A program made the position numbers and the translations under genes. From a virus (taxonomy: Duplodnaviria > Heunggongvirae > Uroviricota > Caudoviricetes): DNA of 64,000 bases. Positions 10,192-21,000 of this stretch are shown here, piece after piece. The stretch lies in the IMG/VR virus record IMGVR_UViG_2861084961_000001. One strand, given 5' to 3'. Under the pieces are notes generated by a model. The model worked only from the letters and a program-made list of their open reading frames with translations. It was not told the DNA's origin and did not search any database. Each line of letters starts with the position of its first letter. The first letter of the stretch is position 1.

Positions 10192-10278
10192 GGGGAGTTA
10201 GTCCGTAGAGGTAGCGGTGTAGACTGTAAATCTACTGTCATGGCGACTCGGGTGGTTCGACTCCATCACTCCCCACCA
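10192..10278 (+). tRNA. tRNA-Tyr (anticodon GTA), type II with long variable arm
   Basis: Acceptor ggggagt/actcccc, anticodon loop ctGTAaa, T-loop ggttcgact, CCA end. Confidence 0.75.
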
Positions 10279-10282
10279 AATT

Positions 10283-10358
10283 GCCGGTTTAGCTCAGTTG
10301 GTAGAGCGCCTGCCTTGTAAGCAGGATGTCAGCGGTTCGAGTCCGTTAACCGGCACCA
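10283..10358 (+). tRNA. tRNA-Thr (anticodon TGT)
   Basis: Acceptor gccggtt/aaccggc, D-arm agctcagttggtagagc, anticodon stem cctgc/gcagg with loop ctTGTaa, CCA end. Confidence 0.75.
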
Positions 10359-10582
10359 ATACAACGATAAGATCATTACGGTTAATCGTCGTTCATGTGC
10401 ACAATGACTGGTCGAAAGGTAGTGATCTTACCGTTGTGGTGGATTCGCAGACTGATGCGATAGCTTTCTTGGATGTTAGGGAAATGCGGCCGCAAATCTT
10501 CCCTTTCGCGAGCGGTGATCGTCCGTAGTCCTAATTGGCTGCACCGTATGCCGGAGATTCAGTACCGGCCACCACAACGGCC

Positions 10583-10669
10583 GGAGAGTAGGGAGCATGG
10601 TGCTCAAGCTGTCTTGAAAACCGCCCCATTGCGCAAGCGATGATGGTTCGATTCCATTACTCTCCGCCA
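10583..10669 (+). tRNA. Type II tRNA-like gene, anticodon TGA (Ser?), imperfect stems
   Basis: Acceptor ggagagt/actctcc, loop ctTGAaa, T-loop ggttcgatt, CCA; anticodon stem and variable arm pair poorly, may be non-canonical or pseudo. Confidence 0.5.
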
Positions 10670-10674
10670 GACAC

Positions 10675-10748
10675 AGCGTTGAGCGGTTTGGCCTTTTAAT
10701 CACCCAGATTAAGACTCCGCTAACATAAACCAGACCGCTCAACGCTGT
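10675..10748 (+). terminator. Long stem-loop (acagcgttgagcggtttgg ... ccagaccgctcaacgctgt) after tRNA cluster
   Basis: 19 bp inverted repeat directly after last tRNA. Confidence 0.45.
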
Positions 10749-10819
10749 GATAGACAATTACGGCAGACGTTCTTAACCATAGCTTGCTAACATCCTAGCA
10801 ACACTTTTTTCAGCGCAAA

Positions 10820-10845
10820 ATTCAAAGGGGCTTCGGCCCTTTTTG
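10820..10845. terminator. Bidirectional terminator hairpin aaaggggcttcggcccttttt
   Basis: GC stem gggc/gccc with ttcg loop flanked by A-run and T-run; lies just 3' of minus-strand gene 10846..11619. Confidence 0.65.
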
Positions 10846-11619
10846 TTAATGATTGCCTAGATATGATTTTAGTTCTTCTTTAATGATTAGTGAGTATTCT
10901 AAAATATCACTTAGTAAAAATTTTGCTCTGTTAAAATAACCACCAAAAGAACCAAAAATTTCAGATGGTCTTTCTAAGAGCATTACAATATCATCTTCTT
11001 GCACTTTAGCAATGTAACTTCTAACAGCTCTTTCTCCAATAACTCTTTTCTTACCGTTTATTTCAGATTCATCTAAAACCTTATTTATAAATTTTTCTGT
11101 ATCATTGAATCGTCCACTATTGTGTACTATTGTATGTCTTAGTAGTTCAATTAGCTTGATGTTAAAGCGATAGTTTTTACCAATCTTGTTGTTTATTTCT
11201 ATCTCTTTGAAGCCAGGTATTTTATTTCTGAAAATTTTAATTATTTTTTTCGATGGGTTACTTTTTGCTTTTAATAATTTGTAATAAACTTCCCCTTTCC
11301 CAATGTCATCATCTTCAACCTTACCAAAATAACTTGAGGACCAGAAATCATTTCGAACACATACAGTATAGACATATATTGCCTCAATATAGTCTTCCAG
11401 TAACTCATAGGCTTCAGTAATAACCCACTGATATTGTTTATTTTTCAAAACATTACACAATCTTATCTTTTCTTCTAAATCAATGGCGCTGTTACCTATC
11501 TCTAATGTTGAACCTGTATATGGGTTTGAACATAAATGGCGAGCTAACGTTGTGCCACACTTAATCTTAATAGTTTCATTAATATTAATAATAGTATCTG
11601 GATTCTGTGCATACTCCAC
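10846..11619 (-). CDS. AT-rich hypothetical protein (257 aa), possible HEPN/Abi-like
   Basis: Clean minus-strand ORF with GGAG RBS; markedly AT-rich compared with flanks; contains R-x4-H motif (LLRHTIVHNSGR). Confidence 0.5.
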   Translation of the reverse strand: MEYAQNPDTIININETIKIKCGTTLARHLCSNPYTGSTLEIGNSAIDLEEKIRLCNVLKNKQYQWVITEAYELLEDYIEAIYVYTVCVRNDFWSSSYFGKVEDDDIGKGEVYYKLLKAKSNPSKKIIKIFRNKIPGFKEIEINNKIGKNYRFNIKLIELLRHTIVHNSGRFNDTEKFINKVLDESEINGKKRVIGERAVRSYIAKVQEDDIVMLLERPSEIFGSFGGYFNRAKFLLSDILEYSLIIKEELKSYLGNH

Positions 11620-11925
11620 TTCTTTTAGAAGACGTTTATATTTTTCTTTGTTGTATCATTTATCTGATTTAAATAGTCAAAAAGTAAAGATATTTCTTCT
11701 CTAAATTCGTTGTATTTTTTTCAATCAAAGAATCAGACAACTTACCAATCATTAAAACCTCTATAAAATGTACATTTCAAGGCAATCCTTACTGTAATCT
11801 ATTGTCATAATCACTTCAATTGTTTACCAGTCAATCAATAAGTTACTACATACTTATCAAAAAAATCTGTTTGTAGTATAGTCTGATATGTTCGAATCAA
11901 TATTTATAAAGGTATTTGTTAGGTT

Positions 11926-12171
11926 ATGACGATCACTATCTACGGACGAGATAACTGCTCATACTGCAAACGTGCAGTCGAGCTGGCGAAGCAACTAAAG
12001 GGACATGGCTACGGTGATTATGAGTACATCGACATCACCACTGCCGGTATCGACAAGGAAAAACTAAGTGAAATTGTTGGTAAACCGGTAGAGACTATCC
12101 CCCAGGTGCTGATCGATGGCCAGCCGATTGGCGGATACACAGAACTGGCTGCATACGTCAGCACCCTCTGA
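11926..12171 (+). CDS. Glutaredoxin (Grx1/NrdC-like)
   Basis: 81 aa; CSYC active site near N-terminus; PVETIPQVLIDGQPIGGYTEL closely resembles E. coli glutaredoxin 1. Confidence 0.8.
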   Translation: MTITIYGRDNCSYCKRAVELAKQLKGHGYGDYEYIDITTAGIDKEKLSEIVGKPVETIPQVLIDGQPIGGYTELAAYVSTL

Positions 12172-12381
12172 TTTTAACGGCTCACAGGAGCCGTTTTTAT
12201 TCCCACCAAACTCACTCCTGTTTCCCTTAAAATTCAAAAAACGACGTCTAAATGATTCCATACCTACTATGTATGGAATCATTACTGAAAATGAGTTACT
12301 TTTACTCTTGATCCTATAAGAATCTATGCCTAATATACTGTTTACTTATACAGTGCATCGGCGTAACTCGGTGATTGTCAT

Positions 12382-13483
12382 ATGAAAAATAGCTTTGACA
12401 GAGCACGCGCTGCGGAGAACACCTCAAAAGAGGCGATTGAGTATCTCGAAAGAGCATCTCAAATGCAGGCCGTTATGATCTCCCAGGTCAGCAATGACAT
12501 GAGATTCTCGGACGCATTCATGTTATTCACTCGCTTATCTCTGCTGATAACCAGACGTCGGCCAGAGATCGCTGTTCATTGTATTTTGATACATGTTTTG
12601 CCGCACATTGCTGATGTAAAAGTAAGTGACATTAATAGGTTCATGGTGAACCAACTGGTCAACCCCCTAATACTGGATGGCAAAATTGTTATGGGCCGCC
12701 GCGTTTTCTCTCTGATGAAGCAGTTCCTTAGCTGGTGCGCCTTCCAGGGGATGATAGACGTGTCACCGTTAAACGATATGTCACTAAACAAAGTTGCCGG
12801 TGGCGCAAAGCCCACACCTCGCGAGCGTAAGCTGACCGACGCAGAGGTATGGGTGTTCTGGAATATATGGGACTACTTCAATGTGTGCGCTGGTACAAAA
12901 TGGGCGGCCAGGCTGTGTCTTGTATCAGCAAGACGACCTGACGAAGTACTGCGGGCTAAAAAAGTGAGTTCAATCTTAAGCGTGGAGTTTGGAATCAAGG
13001 CAAGAGAAACAAGTCAGCACGTGAGCATTCGCTGCCTTTAAGCACATTAATGCGCACATGCATTGAAGAGTTGTTCGAATACGGTAAAAACAGCCAGTGG
13101 CTCGTGCCTTCGAATAAAAAATCGGGAAAGACCTTCCTATGTCTAAAGTGGCAATAGCCCAGGCATTACGTCGTATTCTGGAACGACCAGAACTGATGGA
13201 GCTTGAGCCATTTACACCCCGAGATTTGCGCCGTACTGCGCGTAGTTACTTCCCAGCATTAGGCATAAGCCAGGAGGTATCACGCAAAATCATGAACCAC
13301 AGTCTTGAGGGGATAGATCGGGTCTACGACCGGCACGATTATATGGACGAGATGCGAGACGCCTTAGAAAGTTTCTCGACGTACATCGCATCAATCGTAG
13401 AGCAACCGGATTTAGACGAAATTGACCACAAATTCAAGGGAGATCGTCTATCAACAGAGCTTATTCGTGTAAATTTTTCATAG
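12382..13483 (+). CDS. Tyrosine recombinase/integrase (P4-like), frame broken twice (around 13041 and 13139)
   Basis: C-terminal HSLPLSTLMRT..., FTPRDLRRTARSY..., IMNHSLEGIDRVYDRHDY resemble integrase catalytic region (R..H..R..Y); three frames all shifting -1. Confidence 0.6.
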
Positions 13484-13864
13484 AGACTTTATGGCCTCAA
13501 CAACCTTTTGTGATGCGCCTTTCTCTTTACCGAATCGCTCGTTATATGCAGCAAGAACCTGTTTTTCGTCCTCGTTAAGAGGAGCGGTGCCTTCTTTGTA
13601 TAAAAATGCTGCGAGTTCAGGTTGGCGTTCTTCCAGCACCATCATCATAAGACGACTTGGCTCAATACCCAGCGCCAGCGCCAGCGGACGAACCTTATCG
13701 ATAGGCAAAGGAATTTTGCCACTTTTAATTAAAGAAAGGTTGTTGGCATTTTTATAACCAATAAGTCTGGCTATTTGGGCCTGACTCATAGGTGAGGATT
13801 CAATCAGCCCTGCGATAAAAGCAGCATAGCGACTTTCTATAAATTCAATCTTGTTGTCAGACAT
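13478..13864 (-). CDS. XRE-family HTH transcriptional regulator (CI/Cro-like repressor candidate)
   Basis: Helix-turn-helix SQAQIARLIGYKNANNLSLIKSGK; divergent from downstream operon; palindromic ggtaagtgcttacc in its upstream region. Confidence 0.7.
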   Translation of the reverse strand: MSDNKIEFIESRYAAFIAGLIESSPMSQAQIARLIGYKNANNLSLIKSGKIPLPIDKVRPLALALGIEPSRLMMMVLEERQPELAAFLYKEGTAPLNEDEKQVLAAYNERFGKEKGASQKVVEAIKSL

Positions 13865-13894
13865 TGTTACAACCTTTGCGCGTTTAATTCTCTC

Positions 13895-13908
13895 TGGTAA
13901 GTGCTTAC
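13895..13908. promoter_or_regulatory. Palindromic operator candidate GGTAAGTGCTTACC in the XRE regulator promoter region
   Basis: Perfect 14 bp palindrome; same half-site as dispersed intergenic motif. Confidence 0.5.
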
Positions 13909-14115
13909 CGATATTACATCAAAGGTTAGGGTTGTAAAGCTATTATCATTTTTTTCGGCAGGCACTTGTAAGACCGAGCAAAGGTCCATGCATGGAGAAA
14001 AACTAGCCCCAAATAGGTAAGAAAATTAACTTGCATCTGATATGGATGTATTCAGTATTGATACAAATTTTAGTAGTATTCCTTACCATAGTATAAGTTA
14101 GAATGGATTGATTGA

Positions 14116-14328
14116 ATGAAAACCACTATTTCCAGCCTAATCGCTCTTGAGATCGGACACGTACAGAAATTAGCTGATGAGTGTGTAGCTGACATCCTCA
14201 CCGATCTACCGAATGAGCAGATTCAGGTTGGTGTGAATGACACAACTGGCTTTATATTCGAACTTAACAACAAACGCTTCACACTTCTCAATACCGGCTC
14301 CGGGTCTTTAGCCATCAGAATCTGTTAA
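14116..14328 (+). CDS. Hypothetical small protein (70 aa)
   Basis: ORF only. Confidence 0.3.
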   Translation: MKTTISSLIALEIGHVQKLADECVADILTDLPNEQIQVGVNDTTGFIFELNNKRFTLLNTGSGSLAIRIC

Positions 14329-14426
14329 CCCCTCTTCTCCCTGCGCGAATGGCTTAGTTCCCTGTTCGCGCAGTGCTACATTAAACACACTAGTAAATAA
14401 TTTGTTTTCATAACAAAGGATTAGCC

Positions 14427-16534
14427 ATGTCTAAAAAACGTTCCATCAAAGAGGTTCAGGACTTCCGTGACAGTGTAAAACGAGTAGTCGCTCTCCTTTC
14501 AGGTAAAAACATCCCTGTTGCAGAACGAGGGGACGACGCTTATGTACGCTATAACGATGATGGAGAGCCAATTCTCGTAAACATCCCATCAATCCCGGAT
14601 AACGCAACACCGGCATTGATGAATGCTGTGCGCGGATTTCTCGATCATGAGGTTGCTCACATTTTGTTTACCGATATTCGTGTGTCCAACAAAATGAGAG
14701 AAAAAGGACGCGTTCCTTCCTGGTCACTATGGAATGCCTTAGAAGACGTGTTCATCGAGCGAAAAATGGGGCAGGTCTTTAACGGAACGAGACGTAATCT
14801 GATGGCAACTCAGCGCCTTATAATCGAAAAAGTCTTTAAACCAAAGGCTTCAGAGGCTATTGATTATTGTGGCAAAGATCAGCGCGCGCTTTTTCTAAAC
14901 TTCTTTCTCTGTCCGGTTGTAAGAGCCTGGGATGGCCAAGCACCGTTCGTAGATTTCATGGATGAATACTGGCCTGTCATTGAGAAACCAATTTCATTAT
15001 TAAAAGAACATGGTATCGATGTGGCCGTGCGTAACATGTCTTGCACCGAGGATTGTGTAAAGGTGGCTGCGACCATAGCTAAGATCCTCAAAGACACTGA
15101 AAGTGAAAGCAAAGGTAAGGAGTCAGCTCCGGGAAAAACTTCCGATCCTTCAGATACTGACCAAACGGATGCCTCTGGAGAAAACAATGAAGACAACGAA
15201 GATCATGAGACACCCTCAGCGTTAGATAATCACAAATCTATCGAATCAGAATCACACAGTAAGCACAAACATGATAATAACGACAGTGATGATTCAGATA
15301 ATTCTGAATCATCAGAAACAATATTCGATGATACAGAAAATGATAAAGAGGTATCAGATTCTGATGCTTCTGATAACGCGGCGTCAGAATCATTAACCGC
15401 TGACCACGAAAAAAGAAAAACGACAGAAGACGGCTCTTCAGATATTCCAACTCCGTCAAAAATGAGTCTGGAAGAGGCTTTAGAGGAGCTGGATAGCATA
15501 GAAGATGAAGTCGGAGGCATGACAGAAGATGCTCTATCCGAAACGATTAAAAGCGAGTTAACAGAAAGCTCGAAAGCGAATACAGGCCATACAATCGCTC
15601 ATACGACTTCATCGGCTCGATTGATCAGGCAGAAGCCCATATCAAACGGCTTATTAAAACATTCTCCGATATTGATTTAGGAGGATATCCAATCAGCCGC
15701 TATCGCATCGTTCCTGAAGGCAACCAGCTCTTCGACAAATATATTGAAAAGCATCTTTCGTCAGGTGTTTCGTCGACGCTGGCAAAAGACCTGGAGCGAG
15801 CAATAGCAAGCAGAAACAGAGTTCAGTTTATACCGGGCCAGCGTCGGGGGCGCATTCATGGTTCTAGTATCTACAGATTAGCAATGAATGATGATCGCGT
15901 GTTTCGTAAAAAAGAAGAATCTAAAGCCGTTAACGCCTGTGTTCAACAAGTGATTGATTTATCAGGTTCAATGAGTGGTATAACGATACAATTGGCTCTT
16001 GCAAGTGCATATACCATCGCCGATGCCCTTGATCGAATAAATGTTCCCAACATTATCACCGGCTTCACTACATTTGGTAGTCATATGGCGGCAGGAGAAC
16101 TTAAGGCTGTCAAGTATGAGTTCTCTCGCTTTGAATCTTTAATGCTACCTATCATCAAAAATTGGAATGAAAAGGCAAATTCTCGCGAAGTTCGCTCACG
16201 TATGGGGTGCGTAGGCTACACATTCCCACTTCTTAATAACGTGGATGGTGAAAGCATAGCCAGCCTTGCATCGTTATTTTCTGGTCGCATGGAGGACAAG
16301 AAGATCATGCTTGTTCTAAGCGATGGCGCGCCGTGGGCTGTTGGGAGAGGTTTTGACGCTCATTTGCGTTCGGTTGCGAAGCAAATTGAAACGCAGACTG
16401 ACATTGATTTGATGGCAATTGGCATCATGACTGACGCACCGGAGAGATTTTACGCAAACCATGCCCTGGTAACGAGCGTTGATAGTCTTGGTTCATCTGT
16501 AGTTACTGAACTATCTCGTATCATTTTGAAGTGA
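14427..16534 (+). CDS. CobT-like vWA-domain protein with acidic Ser/Asp-rich linker; frame broken near 15550-15600
   Basis: C-terminal vWA MIDAS motif VIDLSGSMSG; long D/E/S-rich low-complexity region; conserved AACAAAGGATTAGCCATG start context; second frame is open upstream of 15884. Confidence 0.6.
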
Positions 16535-16629
16535 TTAGAACAGCCTTAATGATAAGTAATCACTTACGTTATTTGATGGTATATTTATATAAGAAGTTGA
16601 AAGCTCATTAGAAAACAAAGGAAAAACGC

Positions 16630-16902
16630 ATGACTACTACTGCACTGCAAAATGAAAAAAATCCTTCTGATTACCTTGTTTGCAAGTGGTGCGGAAAATC
16701 ATTTCACTATTTTAAGTCCCATGTAGCCAATGGTAATTGCGAGGGCATTCCTGAGTCAGTAAAAGATGCCGATCCTGACACCGTACTGAAAATGTACACA
16801 ACGCAGTTTCCAGATGAGCCAACGCTATCGAAAAAGGCACTTGATGCAATTCAAGCTAAACGTGCCGAGCAAAAAGCGAAATGGCCAAATCATCTGGCGT
16901 GA
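16630..16902 (+). CDS. Small zinc-ribbon-like protein (90 aa)
   Basis: CKWCGKSFHYFKSH...CEG cysteine/histidine cluster; conserved start context. Confidence 0.4.
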   Translation: MTTTALQNEKNPSDYLVCKWCGKSFHYFKSHVANGNCEGIPESVKDADPDTVLKMYTTQFPDEPTLSKKALDAIQAKRAEQKAKWPNHLA

Positions 16903-17864
16903 CCAATAGCCCAGGCTATACAGGCACAGTTGAGTACAAGACAGATCTGGTCGCAGCTCACGAACTGCTAAATGTAACGGTGAAAGAACTCGGAACAAAA
17001 CGTGGGACGCCGCTCATGGTTAGCGTCAACGTCAATACGCCGTTTCCAGAGTTCGTTCCAGAAGTGAAGAAGGGATACGTATATGGCGACTTCGAACTGA
17101 TCAAAGACATTTTCATGATGCTTGAACTTGGCATACCAGGCTATTTGTGGGGTCATGCAGGAACAGGCAAATCTTCATTGCCTACACAACTATGTGCTTT
17201 GCTCAATCGTCCGTTAATCCGTGCCCAACATACAGCATCAATGGAAGAGGCTCATGTTACGGGACAAATTCTGGCGCGTGATGGCTCTACGTATTTCGAG
17301 CCTGGCTTGCTTGCGCTCGCAATGAAGCATGGCTGGGTTTACCTCGCGGATGAATACGACTTTGCGTTTCCACAGATTCTTGGCGTGTATCAGCCAGTGC
17401 TGGAAGGTGAAGCGTTGGTCATCAAAGAGGCGACTCCAGAATGGCGTCGCATTACTCCGCATGAACGGTTTGCTTTCATTGGCACTGGCAACACGAACGG
17501 ATCTGGTGATGAAACCGGCTTGTACCAGGGTACAAACATCCAGAACGCCGCTAACTTTTCGCGTTTTGGCATCGTTTCGAATGTGAAATACATGAGCAAA
17601 GAGGCAGAGATCAACATGTTGATAAATGCCGGCATCGTGGATGAATACGCTGAAAAGATGGTTAAGTTTGCCGGTATCGTTCGCGATGGATACGAAGAAC
17701 ACCTGATCAGTCAGCCGATTGGCCCTCGTGAACTTTTGTTGTCGGCCAAGATTGGAATGATGCGAGGCGACTTTGTGACAGGTATTGAGCGTTCTTTCAT
17801 TAACAAACTCCCTTCAGCTTCTGCGCAAGCGGCACGTGAAGTTGTTCAAAAAATATTTGGTTAA
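16881..17864 (+). CDS. MoxR/CobS-like AAA+ ATPase
   Basis: Walker A GHAGTGKSS, Walker B WVYLADEYD; size and pairing with vWA protein. Confidence 0.75.
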   Translation: MAKSSGVTNSPGYTGTVEYKTDLVAAHELLNVTVKELGTKRGTPLMVSVNVNTPFPEFVPEVKKGYVYGDFELIKDIFMMLELGIPGYLWGHAGTGKSSLPTQLCALLNRPLIRAQHTASMEEAHVTGQILARDGSTYFEPGLLALAMKHGWVYLADEYDFAFPQILGVYQPVLEGEALVIKEATPEWRRITPHERFAFIGTGNTNGSGDETGLYQGTNIQNAANFSRFGIVSNVKYMSKEAEINMLINAGIVDEYAEKMVKFAGIVRDGYEEHLISQPIGPRELLLSAKIGMMRGDFVTGIERSFINKLPSASAQAAREVVQKIFG

Positions 17865-18043
17865 TCGTGCGTAAAGGATGTTTCGGCTCTCTTATCGCTG
17901 CTTCTGAAACTGGCAAGGCTTGTCTGGTGTGTCCAGACAAGCCCGATTGTCACCAATCAGCAAAAGAAGTTGCGATTTCGATGTATGGGAAGTTCGTAGG
18001 CTTCCCCAATGACAAAATCAAAAAACCAGAAAGGTAAAAACAC

Positions 18044-21000
18044 ATGAAGGCTCTGATGGTTCGAACTGACTTCTCTCTTGGGGAGTCGGCTCTAAAAGCA
18101 GAAAACGCGGTGAAGATTGCCAGAGAAGCTGGCTACACCGCTGTAATTTCGGCAGATAGCATGAATATTGCGAGTGTTATTCCACTACAACGTGCCGCTG
18201 GTGACGACATGGCGGTTATTTGTGGTGTGAAACTAAACATTGTTGATGATCCCACATACGAGCACCGGGCTAAACTTGCTAAAGAGTCTATGGGATGTAT
18301 GGAATCATTAGAGCGTGGGCGGAACTACTCCTTTACCGCTCTAATTAAAAATGAGCAGGGATATCGAGACATCTGCGAACTAATGACGGCGGCCAACACA
18401 CGAGAACAGTTCTACTTTGTACCGCGTCTCTCGCTCGAACAGTTGGTTTCTACATATGCCAAAGGCAACATCATCCTGCTAACTTCCGACATCGGTAGCG
18501 TGTTCCAACGCAACGATTTTGCAAAAATCATAAGCTCACTGATTACAGCGGGTGGAAAAGACAACTTCTATAGTGTGGTTTATCCGCACCCTACCCATTC
18601 TACGACCAGATTAACGTCCGGGCGATGAAAGTCGCCAGCGCACTGAAAATAGAGCCAGTAGCGTTCTATCCCGCTTATTACGAATCGATCGACGATGCAG
18701 ACATTAAAGACATTGCGCACATGGTTACGAACAACATCAAAATCGACCAGCCGCATCGTCTGCGTATCCCCACCAGCGAGATAACGCCGTCAATTGTCGC
18801 CGCCATCTCCTTGAGGCGCTGAAAGCCTTCTCCGTTCGCATGGATGTGCCGGTAACAGCTGCAATGGCCTCAACAACGCAGGATACCATTATCGATGCCT
18901 GCACATGGCGCTGGCATGAATTGCCACCAGCACTGCCAAAGATGGCAGACGACGAGCCTGCAACTCTGATGAAACTGGCCGTTGCTGGGCTGCGTAAACG
19001 TCTTACCACAAAAGAGTTTGGCTACACACCACCGGCTTCTGAGAACAGGGTTTATGTTGAGCGACTTAAGTACGAAATGGATACGCTGACTCGCCTGGGA
19101 TTCTGTGGTTACTTCCTGATGGTGCGCGATCTGATGAATCATAGTCGTGAAACTGGCATTCCCGTTGGGCCTGGTCGTGGTTCCTCTGCTGGCTCTTTGG
19201 TGGCATGGTGCATAGGCATAACCAACGTCGACCCAATCCGTCACGGTCTTCTGTTTGAACGTTTCATCAACCCTGAGCGTCTCGACTTGCCGGATGCGGA
19301 TTTGGACTTCAGCCAGGCACGTCGCCATGAAGTGATCGAGTATCTGAATGAACGCTACGGCGAAGATTACGTTGCGGGTATTCCGAACTTCACATATCTG
19401 GGCGCAGCCTCTGCACTACGTGACACCGCTCGTATTTATGGTGTGGAGTCCGCAGATATGGCGGTATCAAAGAACTGAAGAACGTCGAGGATGATAGCCT
19501 TCCATTGGAAGAACTGCGCGAACAACTGGCAAGTCTCGACAAATACGCAACAAAATATCCTGATGCATTCAATGCAGCCTGCAAGTTACAAAGCCTTATG
19601 CGTGGCTTTGGTAGACATGCGGCAGGGATGATCGTAGCAGGTGTTCCTCTGACAGAACGTACACCGGTTGAACGACGTGGTGACGCGCGTTGTATCGCAT
19701 TTGACAAGCGTTACTGCGAGGCTATGGGCCTAATTAAGCTGGACGTGCTTGGCCTGGCAACTCTCGATTTGCTCGATAGTGCAAAACGCTACATAAAAGA
19801 GAACACAGGTGAAGATATCAATCTTGATGCCATTTCTCTTGAAGATCGCAAGGTGCTGGATGGTTTTGCTGCTGGGTACACTCAAGGTGTTTTCCAGCTT
19901 GAATCAGGCCCAATGCGCAAGCTGCTTAAAGATTTAGGTGGTGGAATTGAGCCAATGAGCTTTAAAACGGTCGTCGCTACGACTGCGCTCTTCCGGCCGG
20001 GGCCAATTCAGTCAGGCATGTTGGATGACTATGTTTCTGTAGCCAAAGGCTTTATGAAGCCGGAATCATTACACCCCGTTCTTGATGAACTTACCGCAGA
20101 AACAAATGGCGTGATTCTCTATCAGGAACAGACGATGAACGCGACTCGATTGCTTGCTGGCTTCACAATGGCTGAAGCTGACGGTGTTCGTAAAGCGATC
20201 GGCAAAAAGGACATGGAAAAATGAAGAGCATGGGCGAGAAGTTCATCGTTCAGGCTCAAGCTGGCTGGATAGACGTTGAGCTGGAAGATGGCACTACACA
20301 GCGCATTCACCGTGCGGAACATTTTAAATGCGAAGACGGAACTCTGAAAACTGTCGAAGAGGCACTTGAGTACGGCGCAAAACTACCTATAAACGCAGTA
20401 CGCGTTACAGCGTCACATCCAGGGCTATCAGAGATGAAAGCGAAGGAGATCTGGACCGCATTCGAAAAAAATGGAGCCTACCAGTTCAACAAATCACACT
20501 CTGTTGCTTACTCCTTAATCAGTTATCAATCTATGTGGTTGAAAACTCATTATCCCGCAGAGTTTTCGCTGCTGCTCTCACTATTCTTGGCGAAGATAAA
20601 CACCAGGGGCTGGTTAAAGATGCGCTGACCTATGGTATTCGCGTATTGCCACCAGACGTTAACGTGTCATCTAACCGAATCGAGATCCGCACGCTTGAAG
20701 ATGGCAGCCAGGTGCTGTATGCGCCCTTCTCTGCTGTGAAGGGGTGTTCTGAGAATGGCTGCCAGGCCATCATGAGAGCGCGAGAAAGGGTTGGCGGCAA
20801 ATTCGAGTCACTGGCGCAATTCGAAGAAGCTGTCGAGAAACGTGCCTGTAATAGTCGAGTGCGCGAATCACTGCAAAAAGTAGGTGCGTTTGCGTCCATA
20901 GAGCCAGGTAGTCTGCCAGCAACTGATCCAGAGCGTCTCCGCGACCAAGCAGAATTGATGGGAAACCTTGTCATAGATGCAGTTAAAGCCTCACGTCCGT

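Noticed and set aside
10359-10582. Possible fifth tRNA between tRNA-Thr and the type II tRNA
   Set aside because: Hairpins are present, but I could not fold a cloverleaf with a proper T-loop and acceptor stem by eye; left as possible degenerate tRNA or ncRNA.
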